DNA of 64,000 nucleotides from Albugo candida (Eukaryota): NCBI GenBank assembly GCA_040437565.1, contig JBDOQK010000007.1, positions 558,001 to 622,000 of the forward strand, read 5' to 3'. Shown piece by piece: positions 63,602 to 64,000 of this stretch (position 1 is its first letter; each line of letters starts with the position of its first letter). The notes under the pieces were generated by a model. It saw only the letters and a program-made list of their open reading frames with translations, ran no database searches and was not told where the DNA came from. The position numbers and the translations under genes were made by a program.

Positions 63602-64000
63602 TCATTGCAAGCACTCTTCAATCATATCGACCATCAATGCATCAGTAAGACGTTTTGTAAGACCCCGCTCTTCGATTGAGTACTGAGATCCCAAAAGTGA
63701 TAGCGATCGTTTCTTGAGAAAATTGGATTTTTGTAGAAAGTTTACGTCTCCATACTGCTGCGATTCGTCTGAATCGATGTTGGGCAATCCTTGTTGGCTG
63801 AGCCAGTACAAAAGAAAATCCGATATGTTTGGTATATGCTTTGCTTGAGACCATATTGCCTCATATTGCTCGCAAGGATCGAGATTGGTAAGCGCTTCAT
63901 CGAGCAAGAACCTCTGAGTCGACACGTATTCAGCATTTTCAGCCACTCTAATCCAATCTCCCTCCTTCATTCCATGACTCACAAGCTCCTTAATCGCGCT
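63602..64000 (-). CDS. Partial hypothetical protein (3' end)
   Basis: 126-aa ORF in a frame open towards the window edge; no recognised motif. Confidence 0.4.
   Translation of the reverse strand, partial: SAIKELVSHGMKEGDWIRVAENAEYVSTQRFLLDEALTNLDPCEQYEAIWSQAKHIPNISDFLLYWLSQQGLPNIDSDESQQYGDVNFLQKSNFLKKRSLSLLGSQYSIEERGLTKRLTDALMVDMIEECLQ

Overview
Eukaryotic, intron-containing DNA, most consistent with an oomycete. An Albugo-like compact genome is my inference from the short GT-AG introns, tight gene spacing, the myosin-PDZ architecture and an oomycete-type 5S sequence. Gene-dense blocks (1-7.2 kb, 23.6-38.9 kb, 43.5-54.7 kb, 59.6-64 kb) alternate with decayed, repeat-rich blocks (7.3-23.5 kb, 39-43.4 kb, 54.7-59.5 kb). 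Recognisable genes: GABA transaminase, DOT1-like methyltransferase, a NEK kinase fused to an IFT57-like region, a nucleoredoxin-like protein, mitochondrial uL22, a PDZ+ZZ protein, MEMO1, a DHTKD1/OGDH-type E1, a MYND protein, a myosin with PDZ tail, a spliced LarB (nickel-pincer cofactor biosynthesis) homologue, a DEAD-box helicase, a syntaxin, a UBC4/5 E2, an RGS-like+DENN protein, RPL26 and a degenerate kinesin-like protein. The decayed blocks hold two Ty1/copia LTR elements, LINE, gypsy and pogo remnants, gene fragments and a 5'-truncated 5S rRNA copy. Fourteen 100-N gaps are each flanked by duplicated sequence, an assembly artefact that inflates several ORFs. All calls come from reading motifs by eye; no searches were run.
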